A DNA stretch of 63,430 bases, filler included, from Octopus bimaculoides (taxonomy: Eukaryota), in the NCBI RefSeq assembly GCF_001194135.2. It is 7 parts of 6 records of this genome, joined end to end, with 100 filler letters (N's around TTAATTAATTAA, not from the genome) between each part and the next. Parts side by side here need not be neighbours in the genome. Positions count along the whole stretch, not along the records: positions 1 to 8,910 come from NC_068985.1; positions 9,011 to 16,476 come from NC_068991.1; 5 more parts are not named here. One strand, 5' to 3'. The notes below the pieces were generated by a model, which was not told where the DNA came from, did no database searches, and worked only from the letters and a program-made list of their open reading frames with translations. Positions within the stretch are counted from its first letter, which is position 1, and the number at the start of each line of letters is the position of its first letter. A program made the position numbers and the translations under genes. Positions 1-10,720 of the stretch are shown piece after piece.

Positions 1-205
1 ACATAGAGGGGACAAACAAGGACAGACAAAGGGATTAAGTCGATTACATCGACCCCAGTGCATAACTGGTACTTAATTTATCGACCCCGAAAGGATGAAA
101 GGCAAAGTCGACCTCGGTGGAATTTGAACTCAGAATGTAATGGCAGATGAAATACCGCTAAGCATTTTGCCTAGCGTGCTAACATTTCTGCCAGCTCGCC
201 GCCCT
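1..205 (-). mobile_element. tRNA-headed SINE, family A
   Basis: Reverse strand reads GGCGGCGAGCTGGCAGAA...GAGTTCAAATTCC (A/B-box-like), then GACTTTGCCTTTCATCCTTTCGGGGTCGATAAA. Related copies at 5082, 16125, 41850 and 48650. Confidence 0.85.
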
Positions 206-210
206 AACCT

Positions 211-365
211 TCTTTCAGTTTCTGTCTACCAAATCCACTCACATGGCTTTGATTGGCCGGAGGCTATAGTAGAAGACACTCGTCCAAGGTGCCACGCAGT
301 GGGACTGAACCTGGAACCATGTGGTTAGGAAGCAAGCTTCTTACCACACAGCCACTCCTGTGCCT
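211..365 (-). mobile_element. SINE family B head (tRNA-like plus CORE-like domain)
   Basis: Reverse strand reads TGTGTGGTAAGAAGCTTGCTTCC...GGTTCCAGGTTCAGTCCC...GCACCTTG. Same module at 563, 1140, 8350, 30045 and 40415. Confidence 0.8.
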
Positions 366-562
366 ATATTGGTTACAAAAAAAGGCTTTTCTTAACCATA
401 CAGTCATACCTGCATATTTTCCATTTTTACAGTTTCTAACATCTTAGACAATCTTGTAGAAACTTCTCCTGCCACTCTCATTAACTCAAGGAAACAATAC
501 AAACACATTGTGCCAGGCATGGATTATGATTCTAAGATGGCCAACTCTGACACTAAAATAAC

Positions 563-716
563 CAGGTATGGTAAGAAGCTTGCTTCCCAACCACACGGTT
601 CTAGATTCAGTCCTACTGTGTGGTACCTTGGGCAAGTGTCTTCTTCTAAAGCCTCAGGCCAACCAAAGCCTTGTAAGTGGATTTGATGGACAGAAACTGA
701 AAGAAGCCCATTGTAT
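563..716 (+). mobile_element. SINE family B head (CORE-like)
   Basis: GGTAAGAAGCTTGCTTCCC...GATTCAGTCC...ACCTTGGGCAAGTGTCTT. The last motif resembles the CORE-SINE core ACCTTGGGCAAGT. Confidence 0.8.
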
Positions 717-720
717 ATAT

Positions 721-900
721 CATCATCATCATCATCGTTTAACGTCCGCTTTCCATGCTAGCATGGGTTGGACGATTTGACTGAGGACTAGTGAAACCGG
801 ATGGCAACACCAGGCTCCAATCTAATTTGGCAGAGTTTCTACAGCTGGATGCCCTTCCTAACGCCAATCACTCAGAGTGTAGTGGGTGCTTTTACGTGTC
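721..900 (-). mobile_element. SINE/LINE 3' tail with RTE-type motif and (GAT)n tail
   Basis: Contains CTGGATGCCCTTCCTAACGCC (reverse GGCGTTAGGAAGGGCATCCAG). Near-identical to 41129-41346 in the opposite orientation. Confidence 0.75.
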
Positions 901-1290
901 TACTCTTTTACTTGTTTCAGTCATTTGACTGTGGCCATGCTGAAGCACCGCCTTTAGTCGGGCTTATCGACCCCAGGACTTATTCTTTGTAAGCCTAGTA
1001 CTTATTCTATCGGTCTCTTTTGCCGAACAGCTAAGTTCCGGGGACGTAAACATACCAGCATCGGTTGTCAAGTGATGTTAGGGGGACAAACATAGACACA
1101 CAAACATATACACACGCACACGCACATATGTATACATATATACGACAGGCTTCTTTCAGTTTCCGTCTACCAAATCCACTCACAAGGCTTTGGTTGGCCC
1201 GAGGCTATAGTAGAAGACATTTGCCCACGATGTCACGCAGTGGGACTGAACCCAGAACCATGTTGTTCGTAAACAAGCTACTTACCACAA
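901..1290 (-). mobile_element. Full-length composite SINE (B head + CA/TA microsatellite + C body)
   Basis: Colinear with 40203-40580 over the whole length, and with 3466-3790 on the other strand. Confidence 0.85.
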
Positions 1291-1329
1291 TGTATGTATG
1301 TATGTATGTATATATGCACATGCGGGTGT

Positions 1330-1562
1330 GGATGTCCTTGTATCTGTGATTGTCCCCCACTGCCACTCGACAACTGGTGTTGGTTTGTTTACATCCTCAT
1401 AATCTAGCAGTTCAGCAAAAGACACCAATAGACTAAGTACCATGCTTAACGAAAGAAATCAATAAAATAAGTACTGGAGTTGATTTGTTTCACTAAAATT
1501 TCTTTGAGGTTGTGCCCCAGCATGGTCGCAGTCTAATGACTGTAAAACAAGTAAAAGAAAAC
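1330..1562 (+). mobile_element. Diverged C body of the composite SINE
   Basis: TTGTCCCCC...GACAACTGGTGTTGGTTTGTTTACATCC...CAGCATGGTCGCAGTCTAATGACTGTAAAACAAGTAAAAG matches the 3' half of the family. Confidence 0.7.
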
Positions 1563-1865
1563 AAAATAAAAAAAATTATACAAATGGACCATAAATGAGT
1601 GCTTGCTACACTAAACAACACTCCTGCACTCCTTCCCTATTTTCATCTCCTCCTTCTACTCACTGTTTCCAATAAAAATGGTAAAAAATAAAATCCTTAC
1701 TATTTTTTTGAATTTTAAATGTTGCAGTTGGGGGGAGAGGAGGTTTTGCTGGAAAGGATGGTGGGGGTGGGCTTCTGTTCAAGCCTTGCTGTCATTGGTT
1801 CCTATAACTATTCCTTCTATCAACTACTAACCATCCAATCCACCCCCACTCCCATGTTAGGTGAG

Positions 1866-1978
1866 GTAGTAGTTGGTTGATGAGTAGTAGTAGCAGTAGT
1901 AATAGTAGTAGTAGTAGTTGCAGTAGCAGCAGTAGTGGTAAATAGTGGTAGCAGCAGCAGCAGTAGCAGCAGCAGCAA

Positions 1979-2011
<33 letters not shown>

Positions 2012-2585
2012 CAGCAGCAGCAGTAGTGGTAATAGTGGCAGCAGTAGTAGTAGCAGCAGTAGTGGTAATAGCAGCAGTAGTGGTAATAGTGGCAGCAGTA
2101 GTAGTAGTAGTAGCGGTAGTAGTAGTAGTAGTAGAGTAGCGGTAGTACTAGTAGTAGTAGTAGCGGTAGTAGTAGTAGTAGTAGTAGAGTAGTAGAGTAG
2201 TAGCGGTAGTAGTAGTAGTAGTAGTAGCAGTAGTAGTAACGGTAGTAGTAGTAGTAGTAGCGGTAGCAGTAGCAGTAGTAGTAGCGGTAGTAGTAGTAGC
2301 GGTAGTACTAGTAGTAGAAGTAGTAGCGGTAGTACTACTACTTAGTAGTAGTAGCGGTAGTAGTAGTAGTAGTAGTAGTAGTAGCAGTAATAGTAGTAGT
2401 AGTAGTAGTAGCAGTAACCGTGGTGGTGGTGGTGGTGGTGGCAGAGGTGGTATGGTGATAGGGCTCTGAGCAGTCGTAGTGTTTGTGGTACTGCTGGCAG
2501 TGGTGGTGGTGGTGGTCGTCGTCGTTGTCATAGTTGTTGGCGTAGTAGTAGCAGTAGTGGTAGTAGTAGTAGCAGCAGCAGTTAA
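1866..2585. repeat. Compound (AGT/AGC/GGT)n trinucleotide array
   Basis: Read directly. It generates the poly-S, poly-V and poly-T ORFs. Confidence 0.95.
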
Positions 2586-2794
2586 AATTTCGATTACTAA
2601 TATTCAATCCTTAGTACCACCTCTTACCATTTCATCTCTGCCAATGTTCCTTTAGCTGACATCTCCACCATCGTCAGCAACCATCACCATCAAGAAACAG
2701 TCGACTTGCTTAGAAAATCAAGCCCACAAAGAAGCCTTTACGATGTCACTCAATTTGCTAGAAATAGTAGCAAAATTTCCCTTAACTTATAGAA

Positions 2795-2836
<42 letters not shown>

Positions 2837-3465
2837 AGATACTGGGTAAAGTAATTCAACATACTTAATAGCAAAGTGATGGCCATGGGTGGAATGATTT
2901 TGATCTTCATATAAGCTTTTGATCGAGGTTAAATAACAACAGCCATTGCTAAAACCGTCTTGCTGCAATGTCCGTCGACATCACAGGATCTAAAAAATCT
3001 GTACATGAGATGGAATAGATCCGATCTGCTAGAGATAGCAGCCAAATTTTCCATGGACTAAACCATAACGTCTCGTAATTGTGATGTGGAACTATTCTAT
3101 CTCATGCACAGATTTAAAAAAAAAAAAATTTTTTAACTAAACACTTTGAAACTTCGAATTTTAAAAATCTGTGCATGAGATGGAACAGATCCAGCAGATC
3201 AAGAGACCACGTAAAAGTTTCGTGTGTTCTGATCCCATGGAGACAGTCATGACTTCCGGTATATTCGGCAATCGAAGTCCCCATTGGCTAAAATTACATA
3301 ATTATAAATGCTTGTAGCTTTCTATTATTAATTTCTAGAAACAGAAAACGAATACGATTTTCGATATCGGTATGCAAAACTACATCAGAAATACAGCCAA
3401 ACAGAAAATATCCTGGTGAAAATTTGGAAAACTTCAAATGATTGGGAGAAATTTCACAAGGTGCA

Positions 3466-3790
3466 GTCGTGGCCGACCAAAGCCTTGTGAGTGGATTTAA
3501 AAGACGGAAACTGAAAGAAGCCCGGGAAAGCCCCCCCCTCTCTCTCTCTATATATATATATGTGTGTGTGTGTACGTGTGTGTGTGTTCGTTCTCCGCCC
3601 CATTTACCGCTCAATAACCGGTGCTGGTGTGTTTGCGTCCCCGTAACTTAGCAGTTCGGCAATAGAAACTGCGAGAATAAGTACTAGGCTTGCAAAGAAT
3701 AAGTCCTAGGGTCAATTCGTCCGACTAAATGTGGTGCTCCACCATAACCGCAGTCAAATGACTGAAACAAGTACAAGAATAAAAGAATAT
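3466..3790 (+). mobile_element. 5'-truncated composite SINE
   Basis: GGCCGACCAAAGCCTTGTGAGTGGATTT...GAAACTGAAAGAAGCCC, then a microsatellite, then CCCCGTAACTTAGCAGTTCGGC...AAATGACTGAAACAAGT. Confidence 0.8.
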
Positions 3791-4022
3791 GTGAGTGAGT
3801 GAGTGTGTGTGGAGGGGTGATCCCCTACCACCGCTTGACAAGTGGTGTGGGTGAGTTTACATCCCTGTAACTTAACGGTTCAGTTATTTATTCTATCGAC
3901 TAAGAGACCGATAGAGTAAGAACCAGGCTTAACATTTTTTAAACGTATTGAGGTCGAGGAGTTCACTATTAATCTATATATGCTGTGGTTTACAATAAGA
4001 AAGTTAACGCAAAGGCCCCAAT

Positions 4023-4173
4023 CACTAGCGGTAGGGGGCGGTCCGCCCCGGGCAGCATTCTTAAAGGGGCGGTACTTTTGGGTCTGCTGCAGGCAATATG
4101 TGGTTCTTTGTGGGGTCCGGGGGCGCGAACGGAAGGGCCACCCCGGGCGGTACACACTCTAGCTACGCTAGTG
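4023..4173. mobile_element. GC-rich MITE, hAT/Tip100-like ends
   Basis: Termini CACTAGCG...CGCTAGTG. Flanks GCCCCAAT / ATCCCAAT are a 6/8 match, consistent with a decayed 8-bp TSD. Confidence 0.45.
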
Positions 4174-5081
4174 ATCCCAATGCTTTAAGTTTGCCCGGGG
4201 GTCAACGCTATAATGTTAAGTCGGCCCTGTATTACTCTGTTGAATAATGTAGTCCTGCTACCATACTCATATGAAAAAGGTGGGATAGTCACGGCTGGCA
4301 TGATTTTTATTTGTAGGTCTATTATTATCAGATAAGGGTTGATATGCAATGTTAAGCAACACAAATCCCTACCGGCGTCATCCTTCATTACGTTATTCTT
4401 AATTTTGACTAAAACACAAGACTTGAAAGAAAATTGTCGTCATTGGTCAATGAGAAACAGTGGTGGTGGTGATTGATGTAGTAAGGTGATGTCAAGAACG
4501 GGGATGATGATGATGGCGTTGTTATTAGTAGAGGTGATGGTGGTGAATGTTGTGGTAGTGGTATTTTGCTACTGCTGCTGCTAGTGGTCTAGATGACAGT
4601 GAAAGTGTTGGTAGTAGTGATGTCATCGTAATTGTTGTTTAGCCCCAGGTGAGCCTGAATCAATGAAACGTGTGGTCAGAAGCACACAACAGAACAGAGG
4701 GGCTTGGCTCTGCGAAGCTGGAATGGGCCTACACTCCTACACTTTGACAGGTGAGACTATATCTCTTGTTGAGTCAGAGAGGTTACTCTTTGGTAAAAGA
4801 ATTACTTCGTTGTATAAATCAGAAGTTTCTAATTCTACTGGGTAAGATTAGGATTTGCTCTTGAGTTGTTGACAACACACCTAAGCTGATATTCGGCGCC
4901 CCATCATTTTATTTTTCTCAGTTAGTAAAAGCTGAAATTTTTACTGCGTGTAAATAATGGTAACTGTAGATGAAAAAAAATAATGTGTTTGTCACAATAT
5001 ATATAAGCTGAAGAGACCACAATTCAAACACAGCCCCCAAGTTCCAAAACCCTCTATTATTAAAATATAATATAGAGCAAA

Positions 5082-5290
5082 GGCGGTGAGCTGGCAGAAT
5101 CTTTACAAAATGCTTGGCGACATTTCGTCCGTCTTCACGCTCTGAATTCAAATGCCTCCAGAGTCGACTTTGCCTTTTACCCTTTCGAGGTCGGTAAAAT
5201 AATTACCAGTTGAGCACTGGGGTCGATCTAATCGACTTATTCAGCTTCGCCCGAAACAGCTGGCCTTGTGCCAAATTCTGAAGCCAATAC
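5082..5290 (+). mobile_element. SINE family A
   Basis: GGCGGTGAGCTGGCAGAA...GAATTCAAAT...GTCGACTTTGCCTTTTACCCTTTCGAGGTCGGTAAA. Confidence 0.8.
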
Positions 5291-5498
5291 ATAATATAGA
5301 GCAGAGGTAACTCCAGGTTCTTCAGCTAGAGCATACAATTTTTAAAAACAAAGCCATATAATTGAAGCAAGGTACATATCCCTCCCTCCCCACCATACAT
5401 ATGGGCATATAAATATGATTATGTTAAACCGTTAGTCTCTACACATTTTTTCTCTCCATTTTGTTTTTCATTCTCTCGGTTTTTTTTTTGCCTCTTAA

Positions 5499-5537
5499 TC
5501 TTTACTGTCGAAGAGCATGGGTTCGAAAAGTAAAAGA
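5499..5537 (+). ncRNA. Degenerate minimal hammerhead-ribozyme-like motif
   Basis: CTGTCGA-A-GAGC-ATGG-GTTC-GAAAAG. The downstream ~70 nt match the PLE end at 56088-56150 (reverse strand). Confidence 0.4.
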
Positions 5538-5622
5538 CTTTTCCATTCTTCCCGAGTGTTGAGCTCATGCACTTGCTTGTTGTTCTTTCACCTGTCTTCG
5601 TCTTTTGTTTTCTGTAAATCTA

Positions 5623-5711
<89 letters not shown>

Positions 5712-6249
5712 TACACATATATACCATCTTCCCATGTGTCTTGCATGAAAAGGAAAGGTTTACATTAAAATCAGATTTGTTATCCGCATTTATTTTTATA
5801 TCTTTAGAGCATACATTACATTTTATTTAGAAAACGTCACTGAAATAGAGAGACCGTTATCTTTACTAGTCTTTTACTGGGAACAGTTACTGGAACGTGG
5901 CCATGTTGAAACACTGCCGTTAGCACTTTAATCCACCAATATCACTTCCATTACTCAATTGTTATTTTGTCAGTATTCTTGTCGAATTGGTAAGTTATAG
6001 ACATAAACAATCAAGTGTAAACATACACACACACACATTAGTATGTTGACTACTGTGTTTGATGGTAGTATAACAGGTGTTTCATCGTGTTTGTGTGTGT
6101 GTGTGTGTGTGTTGGAACATAATTTATTTGTTATATTGATAGGAAAGGTGTTGATGCAATGCAATGAAAGGAAACAGTCAGATGAAACAGCATAATATGA
6201 CACGTTACGAAGTCTCTGTTAGAAACTTAACACGGAGGCTAGTTTATTA

Positions 6250-7515
6250 TATACTAGCAGAAATACCTGGCTTTGCCCGGGTTAAAGAGAATAATGAAAT
6301 CTAAAAACGCCGTCTAGACTACGCAACCCTCAACTGTTAGTAGCTACGATACCATATTTCTACATTAATAACTCTCCAGTCCATGCCAGCATGGAACATA
6401 GACATTAAGTGGAATGCCAGTCTCTCATCTAGGAGGGCCTTGAAATCAATGTTACCAACTGGGGACTATGTGTGTCGCAGTGATAATAAAAAGACCCAAA
6501 GGAGGTCTGCAACGAAATAATTTTACTCAACACGATGAAACACCTGTTATACTACCATCAAACACAGTAGTCAACANNNNNNNNNNNNNNNNNNNNNNNN
6601 NNNNNNNNNNNNNNNNNNNNNNNNNNNNNNNNNNNNNNNNNNNNNNNNNNNNNNNNNNNNNNNNNNNNNNNNNNNNNNNNNNNNNNNNNNNNNNNNNNNN
6701 NNNNNNNNNNNNNNNNNNNNNNNNNNNNNNNNNNNNNNNNNNNNNNNNNNNNNNNNNNNNNNNNNNNNNNNNNNNNNNNNNNNNNNNNNNNNNNNNNNNN
6801 NNNNNNNNNNNNNNNNNNNNNNNNNNNNNNNNNNNNNNNNNNNNNNNNNNNNNNNNNNNNNNNNNNNNNNNNNNNNNNNNNNNNNNNNNNNNNNNNNNNN
6901 NNNNNNNNNNNNNNNNNNNNNNNNNNNNNNNNNNNNNNNNNNNNNNNNNNNNNNNNNNNNNNNNNNNNNNNNNNNNNNNNNNNNNNNNNNNNNNNNNNNN
7001 NNNNNNNNNNNNNNNNNNNNNNNNNNNNNNNNNNNNNNNNNNNNNNNNNNNNNNNNNNNNNNNNNNNNNNNNNNNNNNNNNNNNNNNNNNNNNNNNNNNN
7101 NNNNNNNNNNNNNNNNNNNNNNNNNNNNNNNNNNNNNNNNNNNNNNNNNNNNNNNNNNNNNNNNNNNNNNNNNNNNNNNNNNNNNNNNNNNNNNNNNNNN
7201 NNNNNNNNNNNNNNNNNNNNNNNNNNNNNNNNNGTAGAATAGTTTCATTTTTAAAGTGAAAGTATTTGACATGAGTGTTTTTGTTTCACTTTTGACACGT
7301 AATACTTAAATAGTGGAGGAGATATTATGTTGCCGTGGGCTCGAACTCTGCAAGAAGTTTAAAATTTTTTTGACTAAAACACAACTGGAACCCTAAGTAA
7401 GGCACCTGTAAAATTTGAATGAAATTGGTTGCATAGTTCTCGAGTTTTAGGGATTCACACAGACAGACAGACAGACAGACACACATTCTCATTTTTATAT
7501 ATATATATATATAGA
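6250..7515 (+). mobile_element. Non-autonomous Helitron-like element spanning a gap
   Basis: 5' ACTAGCAGAAATACCTGGCTTTGCCCGGG. 3' AAATTTGAATGAAATTGG...(ACAG)n...TTTTTATATATATATAGAT. Continuity across the ~660 N is assumed. Confidence 0.55.
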
Positions 7516-7519
7516 TAGA

Positions 7520-7860
7520 TAGATAGATAGATACTGGCATTTCGTCGGTTACGATGACGAGGGTTCCAGTTGATCCGACCAATGGAACAGCCTGCTAGTG
7601 AAATTAACGTGCATGCATGTGACTGAGTAGTCTACAGAGCCGTGTACCCTTTATGTGATTCTCAGGGAGATTTACCATGATACACAGTGTGACAAGGCTG
7701 GCCCTTTGAAATACAGGTACTACTCATTTTTGCTAGCTGAGTGGACTGGAGCAGTACGAAATAAAGTGTCTTGCACAAGGACACAACGCGTCGCCGGGAA
7801 TTGAACTCCGTGTTCACGGAAAGCTCTAGTCGGATCACCGAACTATCACGTGAACAAAAG
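7520..7860 (-). mobile_element. SINE family D
   Basis: GTGTGACAAGGCTGGCCCTTTGAA...CTCATTTTTGCTAGCTGAGTGGACTGGAGC...AAATAAAGTGTCTTGCACAAGGACAC. Related copies at 10500, 21690, 40740, 57760 and 61780. Confidence 0.75.
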
Positions 7861-8059
7861 CCGTTCATTGGATAAAATCTCGGCTGCACACATGTTCAGA
7901 CTAAGACTGAACTGTGGTTTGAGATTTGTATGTGACTGAACGCAGGATCGAATTTAATGCAGTAACATAAAAAAATACATGCATATATATACTACGCACG
8001 GCAATTTCAGCAGCGCATTTTGAAGAGAAAAGGTGAGAAAAAAAATGTTTTTAGGGCAT

Positions 8060-8167
8060 TAAAGGTTATGGGAGGCCTACGTTGACATATAGGAACCGGG
8101 ATGACTTTTTTGGAGACAATTTTCGGGCAAAAAATAAGCGCATCTTCTATGCCGTCAAATACGGTAT
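8060..8167 (-). mobile_element. pogo/Tc2-like terminal fragment
   Basis: Reverse strand starts TACCGTATTTGACGGCATAGAAGATGCGC, the TACCGTATTT terminus type. Confidence 0.45.
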
Positions 8168-8349
8168 ATTAGAAGAGGCTTCCTTCAGGTGCTACACAGC
8201 AGGGTCGCCCGAAACCACGGGTTTATTAAGCTAACTTCTTGCACATAATTCATTCTTGTTACAAAGAAACAGAGTGAGAAAGTGTTGAAATAGTTCAATT
8301 TATCCCCAGTAGACAAATACAATTTACTTTTAATAAATTAAAGAACATG

Positions 8350-8504
8350 AGTGACTGTGTGGTAAGAATCTTGCTTCTCAACTGCATGGTTCCGAGTTCA
8401 GTCCCACTGCGTGGCACCTTAGACAAGTGTCTTCTACTATAGCTTCGGGCCGACCAAAGCCTTGTGAGTGGATTTGGTTGACTGAAAGCTGGAAGAAACC
8501 CCTC

Positions 8505-8506
<2 letters not shown>
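8350..8506 (+). mobile_element. SINE family B head running into (TA)n
   Basis: GTGTGGTAAGAATCTTGCTTC...GAGTTCAGTCCCACTGCGTGGCACCTTAGACAAGTGTCTT. Confidence 0.85.
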
Positions 8507-8555
<49 letters not shown>

Positions 8556-8910
8556 TCATAGAATAAAAACACTGGGTTAACGACTCAACATATCACACCC
8601 CCTCAATGAACATATAAAAGAAATACAGCATAATCCGTCAAACATAAGGAATAAGAAGATATAACGTAAGAAGAAATAGTAAATAAAAAATATAGCCTAT
8701 ATAGGGGGTCATCACCAGTTTACACTCTATTGTGTTTTGAAATACAGTGGTGTACCTCCGAAATGTCCTTAGGTGCTGTACGTGGTTTTCGTGAAATTAT
8801 TTTACCGATTGATACCTGCGGTGTGCTGTAATTGTTTTTGACTCATGTGTTGTGAACCTTTTTTGGACATGGTGAGCGGAATTAAATTTTACATGTTTTA
8901 CCTGCTGATA

Positions 8911-9010
8911 NNNNNNNNNNNNNNNNNNNNNNNNNNNNNNNNNNNNNNNNNNNNTTAATTAATTAANNNNNNNNNNNNNNNNNNNNNNNNNNNNNNNNNN
9001 NNNNNNNNNN
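8911..9010. other. Artificial scaffold-join spacer
   Basis: Exactly 44 N + TTAATTAATTAA (8955-8966) + 44 N. Confidence 0.95.
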
Positions 9011-9800
9011 TAATATTACGTCTTAAATCTGTTGCCACTTTGGCTGTTGTTTCTAGATTCAGTTGTTCGAAATGTATTAGTACAGAAAAATATATGAAGG
9101 TACGTTGCCTGCATCTTGTTGCAGAGATGCATAACAATGCGTTTCCTCTTGACATATGATTTGGATGGATACACTGCGAATTTTGAATATTTCAGTTATT
9201 AGAGGTTCGTTGTAGCCACTGTGACTAGTTTCTCTCCTTTAAAATACATACATCGTGATGCTGTTTTCTCCGTCGTTCTTTTAGAAGCCTAATGTAATTT
9301 GAAACGGTCTTGACGTTAAACTATTTGAACATTTAAATGAACGAGTGTATATCTTGCTTTAAATGTATTCTTGGTCAACTCTATGTAAATCTCTGTTGAT
9401 ATAGCCTGTAGATTCTACACCGTTTGTGCACACCATTTCTCTTTAGATGAAATGTCTACCTTAAGAACCCGTAATCATGTTTCATGAATTGCATTTCAGC
9501 TGGGTTATTCATTGGGGTTTTAGAGATTTTTGGTATTGATTGAACGTTTGTAATTTTATTCAATCAAACAACTTTAAGTAACTTTCAATAATTTTTTCTT
9601 GAACATTTTGCCATACATGTCTAAAGACAGAAGGTTCATTAATATCAGTCTAACAAAGGCTCTTGCATCATTTGGAGATATATCTAAACTATAGTGACAT
9701 GTAAAGTGTGTGACTCCTCTAAATTTATGCGTATCATTATTTATCGTAAGTTGACCTATTTGTTTCATCTTCAAATTAAGAACCGACACAGTGCCTTGTT
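9011..9800 (-). mobile_element. Decayed Penelope-like element (Neptune-type) linker and GIY-YIG region
   Basis: Reverse translation gives VTHFTCHYSLDISPNDARAFVRLI, KMFKKKLLKVT and IYIELTKNTFKARY. These resemble the recalled Neptune-type consensus IIWFNPPYS..F, KIFNRNTLKVSYS and YIGLTENTFKARY. Many stops and frameshifts. Confidence 0.65.
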
Positions 9801-10363
9801 ATACTAACGGCAGGATTTTAAAACCAGAAGACCCTGCTGATGCTTCACTTCTTCACTCAGACTTTTAGGGACAAAACACGAGCGGACTTTCGTCTCCCCA
9901 AATCCCGACACACTGTATTGTACTTCTATAGACCTCTTCTTTCGTCCTCAAAGCTGAAATCGACCCTAACAGCTTACCGATTTCAAACGACAGAATACAC
10001 AGAATAAAAATCTTGATGATAACTGTGATCTAACGCTGAAATCATTTTTTGTGACATGATCGGAAAACCGTAATTAAAATGAAGAATATGTTAATTGTTT
10101 ATATCTGATCTTGGTAAGTTTATTTTCAGTAAGATGTTTTCGTATCAAATTATCAAATATTCCTCGAAGACATTTTAATGACTATTCCAAAATAGTCTCG
10201 TTTCAAACAGACCAGATGATAAAGAAATGTCTCCGGCATGTACTTAAAATAAAACAATTATTAGATTTGCGAATAAATGGTTATTGATCAGAATTTCATT
10301 TTCTCATTGTTTAAGCTTGAAAAAACTTTTCTAATGAAATGAGCTTTTATGCCTGTACATACG

Positions 10364-10408
<45 letters not shown>

Positions 10409-10499
10409 TGTGTGCGTGTGCGTGCGTGCGCGCACGTATGTATACATGTGTTTGATATAAGAAAAGTAAAGTGCGCTGAGTTATTCAATTGGCTCTTAG

Positions 10500-10720
10500 G
10501 TTACTGGTGAAGGCGTGCAGCTTTGTGGTTAGCTTTGTTGCGCACAAGGTGATATGATTGTCAGTTCAATTCCCGGACTGGGCCTTGCGTTATATTCTCG
10601 AGGAAAACACTTCATTTCATGTTGCTTCAGTCCACTTAGTTGTAAATGTTTTGCTGTAATATCTGGGAAGTTAACACTGTAGTAGCTCATTTGTCCTGCT
10701 AGATGTGCGGTGATGTTATT
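10500..10720 (+). mobile_element. SINE family D head, diverged
   Basis: GTTCAATTCCCGGACTGGGCCTTGCGTTATATTCTCGAGGAAAACACTTCATTTCATGTTGCTTCAGTCCACT. Confidence 0.6.

Noticed and set aside
1935-2607. Poly-Ser, poly-Val and poly-Thr ORFs (also 47470-48122 and poly-Met 63004-63429)
   Set aside because: Translations of trinucleotide microsatellites, open in several frames, with no non-repetitive coding context.
8350-8420. tRNA-like sequences with A and B boxes
   Set aside because: They are SINE heads continuing into CORE-like or other SINE bodies, and I could not fold a complete cloverleaf.
8911-9010. Recurring TTAATTAATTAA as a regulatory or CRISPR-like repeat
   Set aside because: It is always centred in exactly 100 bp of gap, so it is an assembly linker. 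No CRISPR array is present.
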